A stretch of DNA of 61,463 nt, the filler included, from Pirum gemmata (Eukaryota): the NCBI GenBank assembly GCA_002812295.1. It is 13 parts of 13 records of this genome, joined end to end, with 100 filler letters (N's around TTAATTAATTAA, not from the genome) between each part and the next. Parts side by side here need not be neighbours in the genome. Positions count along the whole stretch, not along the records: positions 47,645 to 52,177 come from PDIN01001084.1; positions 52,278 to 56,821 come from PDIN01001085.1; positions 56,922 to 61,463 come from PDIN01001086.1; 10 more parts are not named here. The stretch is one strand, 5' to 3'. A model generated the notes under the pieces. The model did no database searches and was not told the origin of the DNA. It saw only the letters and a program-made list of their open reading frames with translations. Shown here in pieces: positions 48,998-61,463 of this stretch; position 1 is the stretch's first letter; each line of letters opens with the position of its first letter. The translations under genes were made by a program, and so were the position numbers.

Positions 48998-50121
48998 GTG
49001 CTTTTCATTTATTGTGTCACTCTGAATATTTATTTTGTTGGTTATAGGTCTAATATTTAAATTGGTATTTTAAAATTAATAATTAGATAATAAAATATTA
49101 TACCAAATTAAATAAAATGTATTTATATTGTACCAATTAATTTATTGTATATTTTATGATGAAAAAACAACTGAAGAGCACGATTATTAGTGTTTTATTA
49201 TATAAATATCCGAATTCAAAAATATGTGATTTCATTTTAATGTTTTAAAAACTATATATTTTACAGTGTTATTATATCGATATATACTATTATAGCTATG
49301 GTCTGTTTGGACAATAAAAACAAAGACAACGCGTAGAATAATTAAACTGTAATATTATTATATATAGCATATCGTGCATTTCATTTATTTTGTCACTCTG
49401 AATATTTATTTGGAGGGTTATAATATTTAAATTGACATTTTTAAATCAATATATAGATAATAAAATATACCAAATTAAATTAAATGGATGCATATTGTAT
49501 TAATTTGGTACTAACTATTTTATATTTTATGATGACAAAACAAATGACGGTACTAGCTAGTTGAACTTGATACGTATCGATATATCCATTATATTCGATA
49601 TCAAAGGCTAGATATATCATAATACCAAAGGGCCAAAAGACCCACATCTGGTTCCATATTATAATAATTATATTATATGGATAAATAATAAGAATAATAG
49701 TATTGATAGTATAACTGTATAACTCTAGGTATAACTCTAGATATAAATTATAACTTGTTTATTTTTTAAACAATATTATTTTTAAATAATAAAAAAAGAT
49801 GCTGCAATAGATGCATAGAAAGAAAAAAGAAAGAGCAAACCACAAAATATCATCTATTATACTATCATATATATACTTTCTAAAGATTCTATGATACCGC
49901 ACACATATAATATTATATTTATCACAACTTTATAATTATCGCGCTTTTCATTTATTTTGTCACTCTGAATATTTATTTGGAGGGTTATAATATTTAAATG
50001 GAAATTTTTAAATCAATATATATATAATAAAATATACCAAATTAAATTAAATGGATGTATATTGTATTAATTTGGTACTTTTTATTGTATATTTTATGAT
50101 GACAAAACAAATGAAAACCAC
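48998..50121 (+). mobile_element. Cluster of three MITE family A copies (48998-49181, 49374-49547, 49941-50121)
   Basis: Each begins GTGC/GCGC-(T/A)TTTCATTTATT and carries the conserved interior ATAAAATATACCAAATTAAA...TATGATGACAAAAC. Further partial copies lie at 9259-9347, 27828-27923, 47645-47715, 50481-50588 and 52935-53091. Confidence 0.8.
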
Positions 50122-50210
50122 TATATATATAGAGCTTGTGAGTAATAACGGCAAGAGGACGCAGCGAAGCTGCGCACTTTGAACAACGACATGTCTTTTT
50201 GATACAGATA

Positions 50211-50335
50211 GCCAATTTCCGGTCAAGTACAGCTTCAAATACCCTAACTACCTACCTACCCCTTGACGTTAATTTCCTGGTCAAGTACCGCCTACCTGCC
50301 TACCCCTTGAAGTGGCGTATTATTTAAACGCACCC
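50211..50335 (+). mobile_element. MITE family B, copy 4 (5'-truncated)
   Basis: GCCAATTTCCGGTCAAGTACAGCTTCAAATACC...CGTATTATTTAAACGCACCC matches the family core and the right end. Confidence 0.7.
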
Positions 50336-52312
50336 ATAGGGGTTTTCAAGAACAACGACAGGAGAGTGACAGGAGTCACAGGGCAGACGTCGACAGCCCA
50401 TAGTAAAAAAATTATCATAAACTAATATCTACAGGTAATAATAGAACCGCCGGGCTGCCGGGCCTCTAGCTAGTAGCTAGTGTCATCATAAAATATACAA
50501 TAAATAGTATCAAATTATTTGGTATATTTTATAATCTAATTATGAATTTAAAAATATCAATTTAAATATTATAACCAACAAAATAAATAATATTGTAAGC
50601 ACATAGACTACTGGGTTGTAGTCATAAAGTAAATCATTGACATTGTAAATAACAATGATGATCGGCAACATCACTATAACGCTATGATACTATTTCCATC
50701 TGTGGCATGATCAGTATTTCCATTCCCCCCACTATAGCCCCCACTATGCCCCCACTGCAGTGCCAAGTGCCAAGTGCGTTGAAGTGCCAACAACAACAGC
50801 AACAACAACAACAACAACAACAAAAAAACTGTCTACCTGCTACAGTAGCTGCTACTTATACCTAGCTAGTCCTAGCTACCAGTGCTACCTACAGATAGGG
50901 AGCGTTCAAGGAGTGTTCAAGGTAAGTATTTGACCGGAAATAAACGTCGACGGTATTATAATTTTAAATTATTTTATGTGTATATATAATTTAAATAGTA
51001 TAAATTATTTAAGTTTGAGGTATTTTCTATTTGATATTAGTTTTTTAATTATTAATTGTTAATTGTTGTTTTTTTTCATTTTCAAAAATATAACAATTAT
51101 ATTTATACATTTTTTATCAAATATTAAAATTAACATTATCATAATAAAAAATGAAATTGTAAAACAATCTTAACTAAACAAACAATAATTAATCATTATA
51201 ATTATTATTATAAACAATTAATTAATAATATATATCATAAAATCTTCCAATGATTTATTGACACCAAACACTTTGGATAACCTCGGGTATTGATTTACGA
51301 ANAATTAGAAATATAATATAAATTAACAAATGAATTTATTATAATATCATAATATAACAAAACAATCATTCGTTGATCATTACAAATTACTTAATTAGCT
51401 TTAAAGCAAATCATATGAAATATACAACTTAAATTCTTCGACCTATTTCAACCAAATTATTTCAACTGATTTTGTTCTACTTGTAAGTTGTAAATAAATA
51501 ACATTTTCAACCGGTTTCCTAGTAGTAGCTTTTGCAAAGGTATAGTACCATTTTTTTACTTAATAGTTCCCTCAGGTTCTATAACTTTTATCATGGATAT
51601 TTTGTAACTTATTACAGTCTGTTATTTATTGCGATGGTGGTGGTGGTGGTGGTGGTCGTTGTGATTGTTGTTGTGGTGGTGGTGGTTGCTGTGGTGGTTG
51701 CTGCAGTCACCCCCAGCTGGTCACCCCTCTCGTAGAGGATAACTGGAAATTTTAATAAAAATAGCATTTCCCTTTAAAAATATCGAAAACTATATATACG
51801 TATATAATAATATTATATATATTTATCATATTATCATAAAATTATCATTATATTATTCTCTATAAGGTAGATTATTGGGAACAAATTTTTAGAAAGTGGA
51901 AACAAAGTGGAACTCAAACAACAGCCAAGTAGTATCGGCGACTGTATCGCTAGCTAGAGTAGTATCGATAGAGCTATTGATAGACTAGTTAGTAGACCAG
52001 TAGTTTCATTACAGATCTTTAATTTGGTACCGTTTAAGTGTATATTTGAACTGTTTTATAAAATAAAACTTTAGGTATAAAATACCAAATTAATCAAAAC
52101 ATTTCTTATAGTTAAATAATAATAATAATTTGACACGTTTTAAAATCCACCATGAGTCACTATGGAGTCATAGACCCNNNNNNNNNNNNNNNNNNNNNNN
52201 NNNNNNNNNNNNNNNNNNNNNTTAATTAATTAANNNNNNNNNNNNNNNNNNNNNNNNNNNNNNNNNNNNNNNNNNNNTACAATAATAATGATGTTATATA
52301 ATATATAAATAC

Positions 52313-52492
52313 ATGGTATGAAGTAATCGATTGTCTTGTTACGGTCTCTAATGCAGCTCTTAACGCTGGGGTAATTGCAGAATTTACAGAAGCTTGCCAA
52401 GGACTATCAAAACTACTTGCGATACCTGCTGACGTTGCCATGTATATATTATTAGCTAGAAAAGCTGACGAAATCAGTATTAAATTGTTCAT
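52313..52492 (-). CDS. First exon of an unidentified, possibly secreted protein
   Basis: ATG at 52492 in AAAAATG context, 60 codons MNNLILISSAFLANNIYMATSAGIASSFDSPWQASVNSAITPALRAALETVTRQSITSYH, then the donor GTATTT. The contig ends shortly after. Confidence 0.55.
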
Positions 52493-53918
52493 TTTTCAAT
52501 ATATTAATATTAAATGCTGTTTTCAATTTAACTATTAATTTGTATTCACTCTGTAATTAATTAGATTATTTATAAAATATAGTATTATTTATAATTAAAA
52601 TTGATTTGTAATGTTGGGTTGATTTTATTTTGGGTGTAATTATTTTTATTATTATTATTTGTTTGTTCGTTTTTTTACTTTATTTGTTTTTTTCGTTTTG
52701 TCAAAATCTGTTTTTTTTTTAGTGATCTTTGTATTTATATTATATTTCCATTTGTAATTTAATTAAAAAAACAAATATTAATATTTTAAAATTTTTGTTT
52801 TTTTAATTATAATATTATTATGATCAGATAAATCAGTATTTCATATCAGGTATTATTTTTTTTTTTCAAAAATCATTAAATGGACTGGTATTAAATTATT
52901 TATAAAATTTTTAATACCGGTATAATATAGATTTATTATTTTGTTTCTCCGAATATTTATTTGGAGGGTTATAATCTTTAATTTGACATTTTTAAATCAA
53001 TACATATATAATAAAATATACCAAATTAAATTAAATGGATTCATATTGTATTATTTGGAACTATTTTATGATGACAAAAACTGAAAAGCACTATATTTTA
53101 AAAATAATACCATAATAGTACCAACTACCATAATATTAGCTGTTTTTTTTTTTTTCTTTTTTTGGTCCAGTTTCTCTTTCTATTATCATAAATGGCATCG
53201 AGTTGAAGAGGTCCTGTTGAAGATATTCAACAGTTGAAGATGTTCAGAAGGGTTGTTGCAATAGCTGGTCATAGTATCATACTAGCTAGCTCTCCTAGGG
53301 TAATTAAATGAGCTTATATTATTATATATAATATTGCTAGCTTATTGATCTCTTTTATTAATATATTTATATTATAAACAAATTAAAATAATATTATGAT
53401 ATATCATAATAAATTAATTATCTATGAAAACACTCACTTAACACCCACTTTGACTACTACTACTATCTACTATATACATTATATCAACTTTATATCATGA
53501 TCATTATTATCATATTAATATTATAAAAGGAAGAAGCTAATATATGTATACAATATCAGATACTTTATATAAATAAAATATATAGGGAAAGCCGGTTTCC
53601 AGTACTACTCTACTACTACTAGCTAGCTATTTTAATACCATCTTTTTACTTTGTTCATTTTGTATAATTGTATAATACTTGTACAGTCACCCCTCTCCCG
53701 TTTTTTTTTTTTTTTAACTACCAAGCTGAATAAAAATGTCAACATCCAAAAATATCAAAATGATCAAATTTTAAAAAAAGTACTACCAAATTTTAATGAA
53801 TAGTCTAACTAAAAAAACTCTATTATGAACCAATTGCTAGTTTTTAAAAATAATTTGGCTAGTTAGTATTAAAGATTTTTAGAAAAGAAACCTAAAAAAA
53901 CGATTTCTCCGCCTTGGC

Positions 53919-53952
<34 letters not shown>

Positions 53953-56786
53953 AAATAATTAATAAATTTTATATTATAAAAATAATTAGAAGTAGTCCGG
54001 TACTATTTTTTAATTATTGATAAATAATAGTGTATTAATACTAATCCCCACTCAAACTATCATAAAATTAATTACTTGCCTAAAAAAATCATTGGATTGT
54101 TCAGCTCAAATTGAGCCTCGAATAATTTCAAATCTTTTTTTCAGAACCCAGCTTAGGCCTAGCTTAGGCTAGTTATGGAGTATCCGATTATGGATAAGCT
54201 AGCTAGCAAGTAGTAGCAGCTATCACTACTAGCTAGCTAGCTATGATAGCTCTACTAGACTACTACTCTAAGCTACTAAGCTATAGCTTATCACTTTTAT
54301 ATAAAAATAATTATAGTACTATTATAGACTAGTAGACTAGTTTTCGAGAATCGAAATCGGATTGAATTTGACATTTCTATGAATTTGATAGATCGTTACA
54401 TTTTCTAAATCTTTTTTAAAAAATTATTATTATTATACTATTATTATAACTATATGTATAGTAATAAAAATAAGAATAGTCTATCCAAGTAGAGTACCAG
54501 TATAAAATAAGTAAAATACCAAATAATGGTCATAACATAGTCATAACTGTCATAACAATGATAACATGTAATTAATACAAAGACCCTGGAGTCTTTGAAT
54601 TATTATTACTATTATATTAATCAAGTAACAAGCGGGGTTCTTCAACCGTTTGATTTGAAAAGGGATTGGGTTCTTGCGTAAATTTTAATAGCTTTTCCTT
54701 GCTAAACCCCTATGTTTTAACCGTTTATATTATCTAAAATACGTATGAATATCGATAGTAGCATGTTAATACTAGTGCTGGTGTATTAAAAATAATATTG
54801 TAGGAAAAGTATTATAATTATTATTATTACTATCAGGTCTGTATGATATATCTATATATTTATATAGGAAGTTAAGACTTCTACTCTTTTTATGAATAAA
54901 TAAAGAGTACCAGATCGATGTTTAATTTTCCTTTATATTTTTTAAATCATATATTTACTTATATTTATAAAAGCTTTTTCAAGGGCTCAAGAATACTCTC
55001 TTTGCTAAATTTCAAGTTGGTGATTTTTTTGAACTAATTTGTTCTTGAAAATGCGAAAAACAGTTGAAGACCGAGCACTGAACTGAATCTTCTCTCCCAC
55101 TCGGACTCTTGAGTCCTAGTAGGCAGTCTAGCTAGCTAGCTACTAGCTAGCTAGGCTCTGGAGTAGCCTCTGTCTATATCATACTATCGATAGCTAAAAA
55201 TAATATTATGATATTAATACCTAGAAAATATCAATAATACTTTTACGTCTATTAGCTCTAGAGTAATAATACCTACTAGAGAATAATAATAGATATCGTA
55301 GTAGCAAAAAAACATAATTAGGGGTATTTAATTAAGTGTTATTTATTTATTTATAAATTTAAAGTAATGCAAGTTTTAAAAATCGATCATGACATATAGC
55401 TAGGGTTTATGACCGAGTGTTATTCAGGAATGTTATTATAATATTAGCGAGCTATAGTATACTTATAGTATGATAAAATATAAATATTAGTCAAGCCAGA
55501 TAAAACTCGATAAAACTACAGTCATTTTTTTTTAGACTTCTTTTATTATGGTAGTCTAACAGACTCTAACTAGCCATTGATTCATAACAAAGAGTATTTT
55601 CAGTGTATTTTCAACTGTATTTTCAACTGTATTTTCTCAAAATTTGGTATAGTAGTAAAATTGGATCATTTTGAGATTTTTGGATTGTTCGGGTTGAACT
55701 CCTTGATATTGTAATCAGTTTGTAATAAATATTATTTTAAAAAATTTAATATTATAAATAAAGTTATATAGTAGTGCTAACTGTAGTGATATATACGGGC
55801 AGTGTTAGCTACTAGTAGGCTATAATTACATATATAGTGTGCGGTATTATGATTATGATAGAGTCTGGTGATGTAATTTGATAATGTGTGTGATTTAATT
55901 GTACTTGCATATTAATATGCGTATTAATATTAAACATTTATTAATTGAACATATTATCATGATCATAATATAATATATATATTAATATGTATAAAATTAT
56001 ATGTATTAATTTAAATATTAATAATATATATATAAATATATAATATCTACCCTACATATCAAAGACTCCATGAAACCTTAGATGTGTATATTAATTAATA
56101 CTGTTCACTTTAATAAATTTAGTAAACTTTATTAAATTTCGAATTCAGCTGGGTTTGTAAAGTGATAGTAAGATCAATCATGAGGATTTCGAACTACTAC
56201 ACATTATTTTAAATGACATTAATTATCACATAAAAAAATTAAAATGTGGGAAACATGACATTATGAGTTTTCTCTAACCTTTCTCTACTAGAATAGATAG
56301 AGTAGTGGGTTTTGTAACTTTTGTTGTTTGTGGTTAATCAATCACTGATTCATTGGTTGATCTTGTTCAATATATAGACTATGTGGTGGCGATTAGAATT
56401 TAATTTTTGAAACTCAGATTTGAATTTTTAAAAAAGTAATATGGTAGCTAATAGGGTCTAGCTAGGTCTAGCTAGGCTATGATAGAATAATTATTACTCT
56501 GAATTAGGTTTATTATGATTATGATATTTAATTAATTAAAAAACAGCTTTACTACTAGTCTACGACCCCTACTATGATAATATGACATATCATGATAATA
56601 TGACATATCATATTATCATACTAGCTAGCTCTAGCTAGAGTACGGGAGCTCTAGCTAGAGTAGCAAGCTAGTAGCTCTAGCTAGCTGGTACTAGCTAGCT
56701 GGTATTATAGATTTATAGTATCATAGAGTTAATTAAAACGTTAAATTAACGTTGTTTATTAAAACCCCCCTAGCTAGCTAGTAGCC

Positions 56787-56818
<32 letters not shown>

Positions 56819-57058
56819 ACCNNNNNNNNNNNNNNNNNNNNNNNNNNNNNNNNNNNNNNNNNNNNTTAATTAATTAANNNNNNNNNNNNNNNNNNNNNNN
56901 NNNNNNNNNNNNNNNNNNNNNTATAATATTTTACTTCTTAATTCTTGTTACTTTTTCTTTTTAGTTTCTAATATTTTACGCGTTGTTATTAAACAATTAA
57001 ATCTTTTTTGTACTGATTGTTAATTTTATTTGAATTATTGTATCAAAAATCTACACAG

Positions 57059-58718
57059 GAAAGTTACAGATAGTGGTGTAAATGTAGGTTTAGGAACCGA
57101 TATAGGTGGTGCTCCAACGTCTTCCATGTTCAATAGGTATTTATTAATGTCATGTTATCATTAATATCGTTATCATTATTTTATTTTCTCTAGAGGACTT
57201 AAATAAAGACAAATGTGGGGTTTAGGAAATTGTAAATGACTACTGATTTCGTAAATAGTCTTGATTTTTATACTTGTGAAAGAAAAATAATTAAGAGAAA
57301 TTGGTTAATAATGTATATCATTTTATTCTCGATTGAAAACTACAAGAACAAGAACAATGGAGTCCAATTTTTTTCGGGAGAGGAGGGTATTTTTCGGGTG
57401 GAAGGGGATATTTTTTGGGTGGAGGAGGGGTATTTTTTGGGTATAAGGGGGGTAGTTTTTAAGTGGAAGGGGTGTTTTTTTTGGGTGGAAGGAGGGGTAT
57501 TTTTTTGGGTGGAGAGGGCTATTTTTTGGATGGAAGGGAGTAATGTTTTGGGTGTAGAGGGGTATTTTTTTGAGTAGAGGGAATGGGGCTATGGTTTGGA
57601 TAATTTTAATTTTTGGTGACTGCCCTTTCGAGAATTATATATTTTGTAATTTTGATTTTCGATACGTTATTTTTCTCGAATCTATAATTTTTGGCTTAAT
57701 CAATGTACATTGGGTTATTTTCATTTTCTTTTTATTTTATTTTTTATTTTGTCATCAAAACTAATAGTATGAGGCATGCTATAACATCATCTTTAGTGTG
57801 GAGAAACGGTGTGGATCCAAAAGATACTAGCCGAGGAGATTCTGGTTCAAAAATGTTGTCATTCTCAGATTCTCTATTTTTAGCTACCCAAGGAGGTATT
57901 TTTTTTTTTGTTTTTTTTTTGTCAAATCAATTGATTTTTTTATAGTCGATTTATGCTTTTTTGTTTTTATTTTGTCTAACCAATTACCTTTTTTTTTTGT
58001 CAAACCAATTGATATATATATATACTCTACATATATATGGAGCCAGATGTGGGTCTTTCGGAACTTTTCTTTATATATATATATATATTCCATTAATGTT
58101 TGTTTTTCTTTTGTAATCGATTAATTTTGTTTTTATTTTTTTTATATCCATTCTATATATTGTATTACTTTCTTTTTTTTTTTGTAAAATCAATCAACTT
58201 TATAGTTTTTAGTTTTTTGTTTATTCTATAACTTTTTTTTATGTTTTGTAAATTGATTAATTTTATTTTTAATTTTTTCATATTCATTCTATTCATATAT
58301 ATAGATATAGATATAGATTTAGATATATTGTCATATCAAATAATTGTATTGTTTTAATAGTGTTTTTTTTTATTTATATATTTATTCTATTACTTTTGTT
58401 TTTATTTTATAAATGGATTAGTTTTATTTTTAATTTTTTCATATTCACTTTTATTGCCTTCTTTCTCTGTCTTTTTTAACAGGTGCCAACGCTATAGGGT
58501 TAGGCACAGTACTTGGTTCCTTTGAAGTTGGAAAATACTTTGATGCTGTTCAGTTGAAAGCAGGTGGTGATGTTTATATTAATTCCGATAATGATGTCTT
58601 TGATCCTTCGTTCAAAGATAATTTACCTAGTATTTGCCAGAAGTTGATTTATGGAGTAACCGCTTGTAATATTGTCAACGTTTTCGTTCAAGGAAGAATA
58701 GTTTACAGTAATAAATAA
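57059..58718 (+). CDS. GDA: Guanine deaminase-like amidohydrolase, last three exons
   Basis: Exons 57059-57136, 57768-57895 and 58483-58718 (GT-AG, phase-consistent): KVTDSGVNVGLGTDIGGAPTSSMFN^SMRHA...SLFLATQG^GANAIGLGTVLGSFEVGKYFDAV...NIVNVFVQGRIV. VGLGTD.GG, ATxGGA and G.FEVGK.FDA are guanine deaminase hallmarks. It is mostly missed by the ORF track. Confidence 0.85.
57370..57580 (+). repeat. G/T-rich approximately 21-bp degenerate minisatellite in a GDA intron
   Basis: About ten units of the form TTTTTTGGGTGGAAGGGGGTA. It accounts for ORF 57236-57577. Confidence 0.8.
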
Positions 58719-58799
58719 AATTAAAGAGTCTTTCCATAAAAAACTAGTTCTAAGTACCATTTTTTACAACTTCTTTTCCATTATAATCACCGCATTTTT

Positions 58800-58997
58800 A
58801 TGATGTTCTTGATCCCTCATTCAGGGAATTTTTTCCAGAAGTTGGTTTAAGGAGCAGCATTTTGTAATACTGGCAACTTTTTCGTCCAAGGAAAAATGAG
58901 TCTACAATAGTAAGGAAAAACAAGTCTTTCCATTTACGACGAACTGGATAATTTTTTAAAGTTTCTCGCTTCTTTTCATTATTACCACCCACATTTT
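58800..58997 (+). pseudogene. Decayed tandem copy of the GDA last-exon end and 3' flank
   Basis: ATGATGTTCTTGATCCCTCATTCA...CCAGAAGTTG...TTGTAATA...TTTCGTCCAAGGAA...AGTCTTTCCAT mirrors 58591-58800 with indels. Confidence 0.7.
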
Positions 58998-59070
58998 TTT
59001 ATACCCCACCCCACAGCCTTTCCTAGTATTTGCGGTAACGCGGTATCGCGGTATGCTTATAAAACTGTTT

Positions 59071-59482
59071 ATTATAATTATGCACATTACTAAGACTATT
59101 AAAACCACCAAAAATGATTATATAGTAATCTAAGTTTTTTTTATTAATTTAGTATAATGCCAATACTATTTCTAAAATGATATTATTATCAAACACGGTG
59201 TGCAATATTCGTGATACTGTACATTAAAAAGGGTAACCCAAGTTAACATACGAAAATCAAATCAGCCCTTATTATAATTATAATTATGCACATTACTTAG
59301 ACTATTAAAACCACCAAAAATGATTATATAGTAATCTAAGTTTTTTTTTATTAATTAGTATAATACCAATACTATTTCTAAAATGATATTATCATCAAAC
59401 ACGGTGTGCAATATTCGTGATACTATACATTAAAAAGGGTAACCCAAGTTAACATACGAAAATCAAATCAGCCCTTTATAAT
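59071..59482. repeat. 206-bp near-perfect tandem duplication
   Basis: 59071-59276 versus 59277-59482 (TGCACATTAC at 59081 and 59287), differing by a few substitutions and indels. Confidence 0.9.
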
Positions 59483-60984
59483 TATAGATTGCTTTCAAAG
59501 GTATATAAAAATGTACAAATTACTAGTAGATCAATATATTAAAAATGGCCATGTTTCAACCCTTTTCAAATTCTCAAAATGATCAGGCGAGTAACTATAG
59601 TGTAACTATTCTCAAAGTAGCACATAAAAGTAATACATACACTACTTTGATAATAAAAATAAGGACTAGCAATAATAATGACATACTAGCATAGTTACCA
59701 GTTTTACTGATAATAATAATAAAACAAAAATAGCATGAGCACTGTCCTATAGTGCAATTCTTGTTTAGTCGTTGCTTCACCCATTCCTTGGTCATAACAT
59801 CTTATTTTTTCTGGGGTATGGCAAAGTCAAGAGGTAAAAAAACCCTGTAATGAATACCTCATACATATTAATATAGATGTACAATGTATGTGAAAAGGTT
59901 CACACCTTTTGATTAAATTGGAAAACCACAGCTGTATTGTCTGGGCTGTTATGCAAACAATCAATATCAAACATTCATAATTAACTTTGAAATGACAATT
60001 TTCTAATGTCCATTTTTTACTTTTACTTAATCAGAGTCAAAAGAAGATTGTGTATATATAGTTTTAAGAGTTTCTGTGTGAATATAGGAAAAAATATAGA
60101 TTTCTGCACTATAACTGATTTTTGAGGATTTGGGAAAAATATAAATTTCCGTACTATAATTGAATTTTGGATTAGTCGTGGGGAAGCTAAATTTTCCAAA
60201 ATGTTTATTACATACATTCAACTACAACCACTACCCTTACTGTTTCAAAAACGTTATATTCTGCTATATGCGCCCAATAAAAAGTGTTGCTACTTAATAA
60301 TTTTCAGCTTTCCATTATAGTTCTCTTTTTGAGAAAGAAACTTGGACAATTTACATACAACACGCAATATCAATACATACATTTTGTTGACAATCGTATT
60401 TACTGATTACGTTTCATAATTTACCAACTAAACAGAAGATTTTCTTAGAATTGTGTCAGAAAAAGCCAGAAATGCTGTTTTACTGATTAACCTATATAAG
60501 TTTTATGAAATCTTTGTATAGTGCCATGTCAACACATACATGTTGTTGACAAACTCCAAACTTGTTATTTTACTGGTCACGTTCTACAGATTACAAAAAC
60601 AATAAAACAGCAGTACACAAACAATTAACAATTTTCACGTTATTTTCCGTTAACAGCCAGAAATGCTATTTTGTCGATAAAGCTAATTAATTTACCAACA
60701 ATAGATTGTATTGAAGTGCTTTTCTATATTAACCGTTGCAATTATTACTGAAAAACTTGCCGGAGAACGGGATAACGGGGGCAGGCATTACCACCCACTA
60801 CGTTTTTTTTGTTTATTTGCTTTTTTTTTTGTTTGTTTTGTTTGCTATATATATATATGTATATATATAAATCAAGGGCCGAAAGGCCCAAATCTGGTTC
60901 CATATATATATGGATTATTAGCATACCATTTAACTGTTGGTAAAATCACTTGTCCTTTAGCTTTTGGATGAAGGGAATGGTTAT

Positions 60985-61430
60985 TCAAAGATTACTATCA
61001 TTGACAAAACTTCCATTTTCATCATCAGCATCGCTATCAATAAAGTCATTAAAATCATCATCATCGTAGCCATCGTAAGTAGGGGGGGCCTCAGATTCGC
61101 CAGGTGGTAAATCGTATGAAGCGTTTGTAACCAACGAATAACCTCTTCCTCCTAAGCGCCTGTATGGAAATTAAGAATCAATGTACAATATTACATTATT
61201 CGTAGAAGACTAAAAAGGAAATGAAAAATATAAGAGGACACGGCTGATAAAAAGAGAAATGGAGAAAGGTGCATAGATGTAGAATGGGGGAACATAATAA
61301 AACATACCTAAAGCATCCACAAAACTTATCGCAAAACTTGGCATTTCTAATTTCATAAACGTAATCCTCAATTTTTTCAGAACACTGAAAATAAAGAATA
61401 ACCAAAAACGCTAATAATGTAACTAGTAGA
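60985..61430 (-). CDS. C-terminal exons of a membrane protein with a sorting-signal-rich cytosolic tail
   Basis: Exons about 61430-61308 and 61159-60985 (phase 2 GT-AG): LLVTLLAFLVILYFQCSEKIEDYVYEIRNAKFCDKFCGCFR^RLGGRGYSLVTNASYDLPPGESEAPPTYDGYDDDDFNDFIDSDADDENGSFVNDSNL*. Confidence 0.7.
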
Positions 61431-61463
61431 CTAACAAAAAATAGAAAAAACAAAAGAATCTAT

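Noticed and set aside
58798..58992. 64-aa minus-strand ORF
   Set aside because: It is the antisense reading of the decayed GDA 3' duplicate.

Overview
This window is not one continuous locus. It is a pseudo-molecule of 13 short (about 4.5-5.2 kb) AT-rich eukaryotic contigs joined by 12 identical 100-nt linkers (N44-TTAATTAATTAA-N44, stops in all six frames), so adjacency across linkers has no biological meaning. GT-AG introns, TTAGGG runs, a GATA factor, a class-C-like GPCR and a vWA-EGF membrane protein fit an opisthokont, possibly a unicellular holozoan (inference only). Genes I could reconstruct by splicing: a P5-type ATPase, a bacterial-type AT3-SGNH O-acyltransferase with an intron inside its GDSH motif, pyruvate dehydrogenase E1 alpha (internal exons), an FKBP ending in a CaaX box, a HAT/UTP6-like C-terminus, a vWA-cbEGF type I membrane protein, a C2H2 protein, a polyQ GATA factor with a broken reading frame, a 7TM class-C-like receptor, guanine deaminase (3' exons) and several orphan fragments. 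The standout is an intron-containing NRPS-like gene (42844-46642, minus strand). It fuses an adenylation domain whose hand-read specificity code is DILQLGVIWK (glycine type), a phosphopantetheine carrier domain (GLDSL) and a multi-pass acyltransferase-3 membrane domain ending in an acidic dileucine sorting signal. This is a candidate single-polypeptide trans-membrane glycylation system, functionally analogous to bacterial Dlt/Alm pathways. Non-coding DNA is rich in MITE-like families, LINE debris, perfect palindromes, TACAACAA and CTAG satellites, and decayed 'echo' copies of gene 3' ends.
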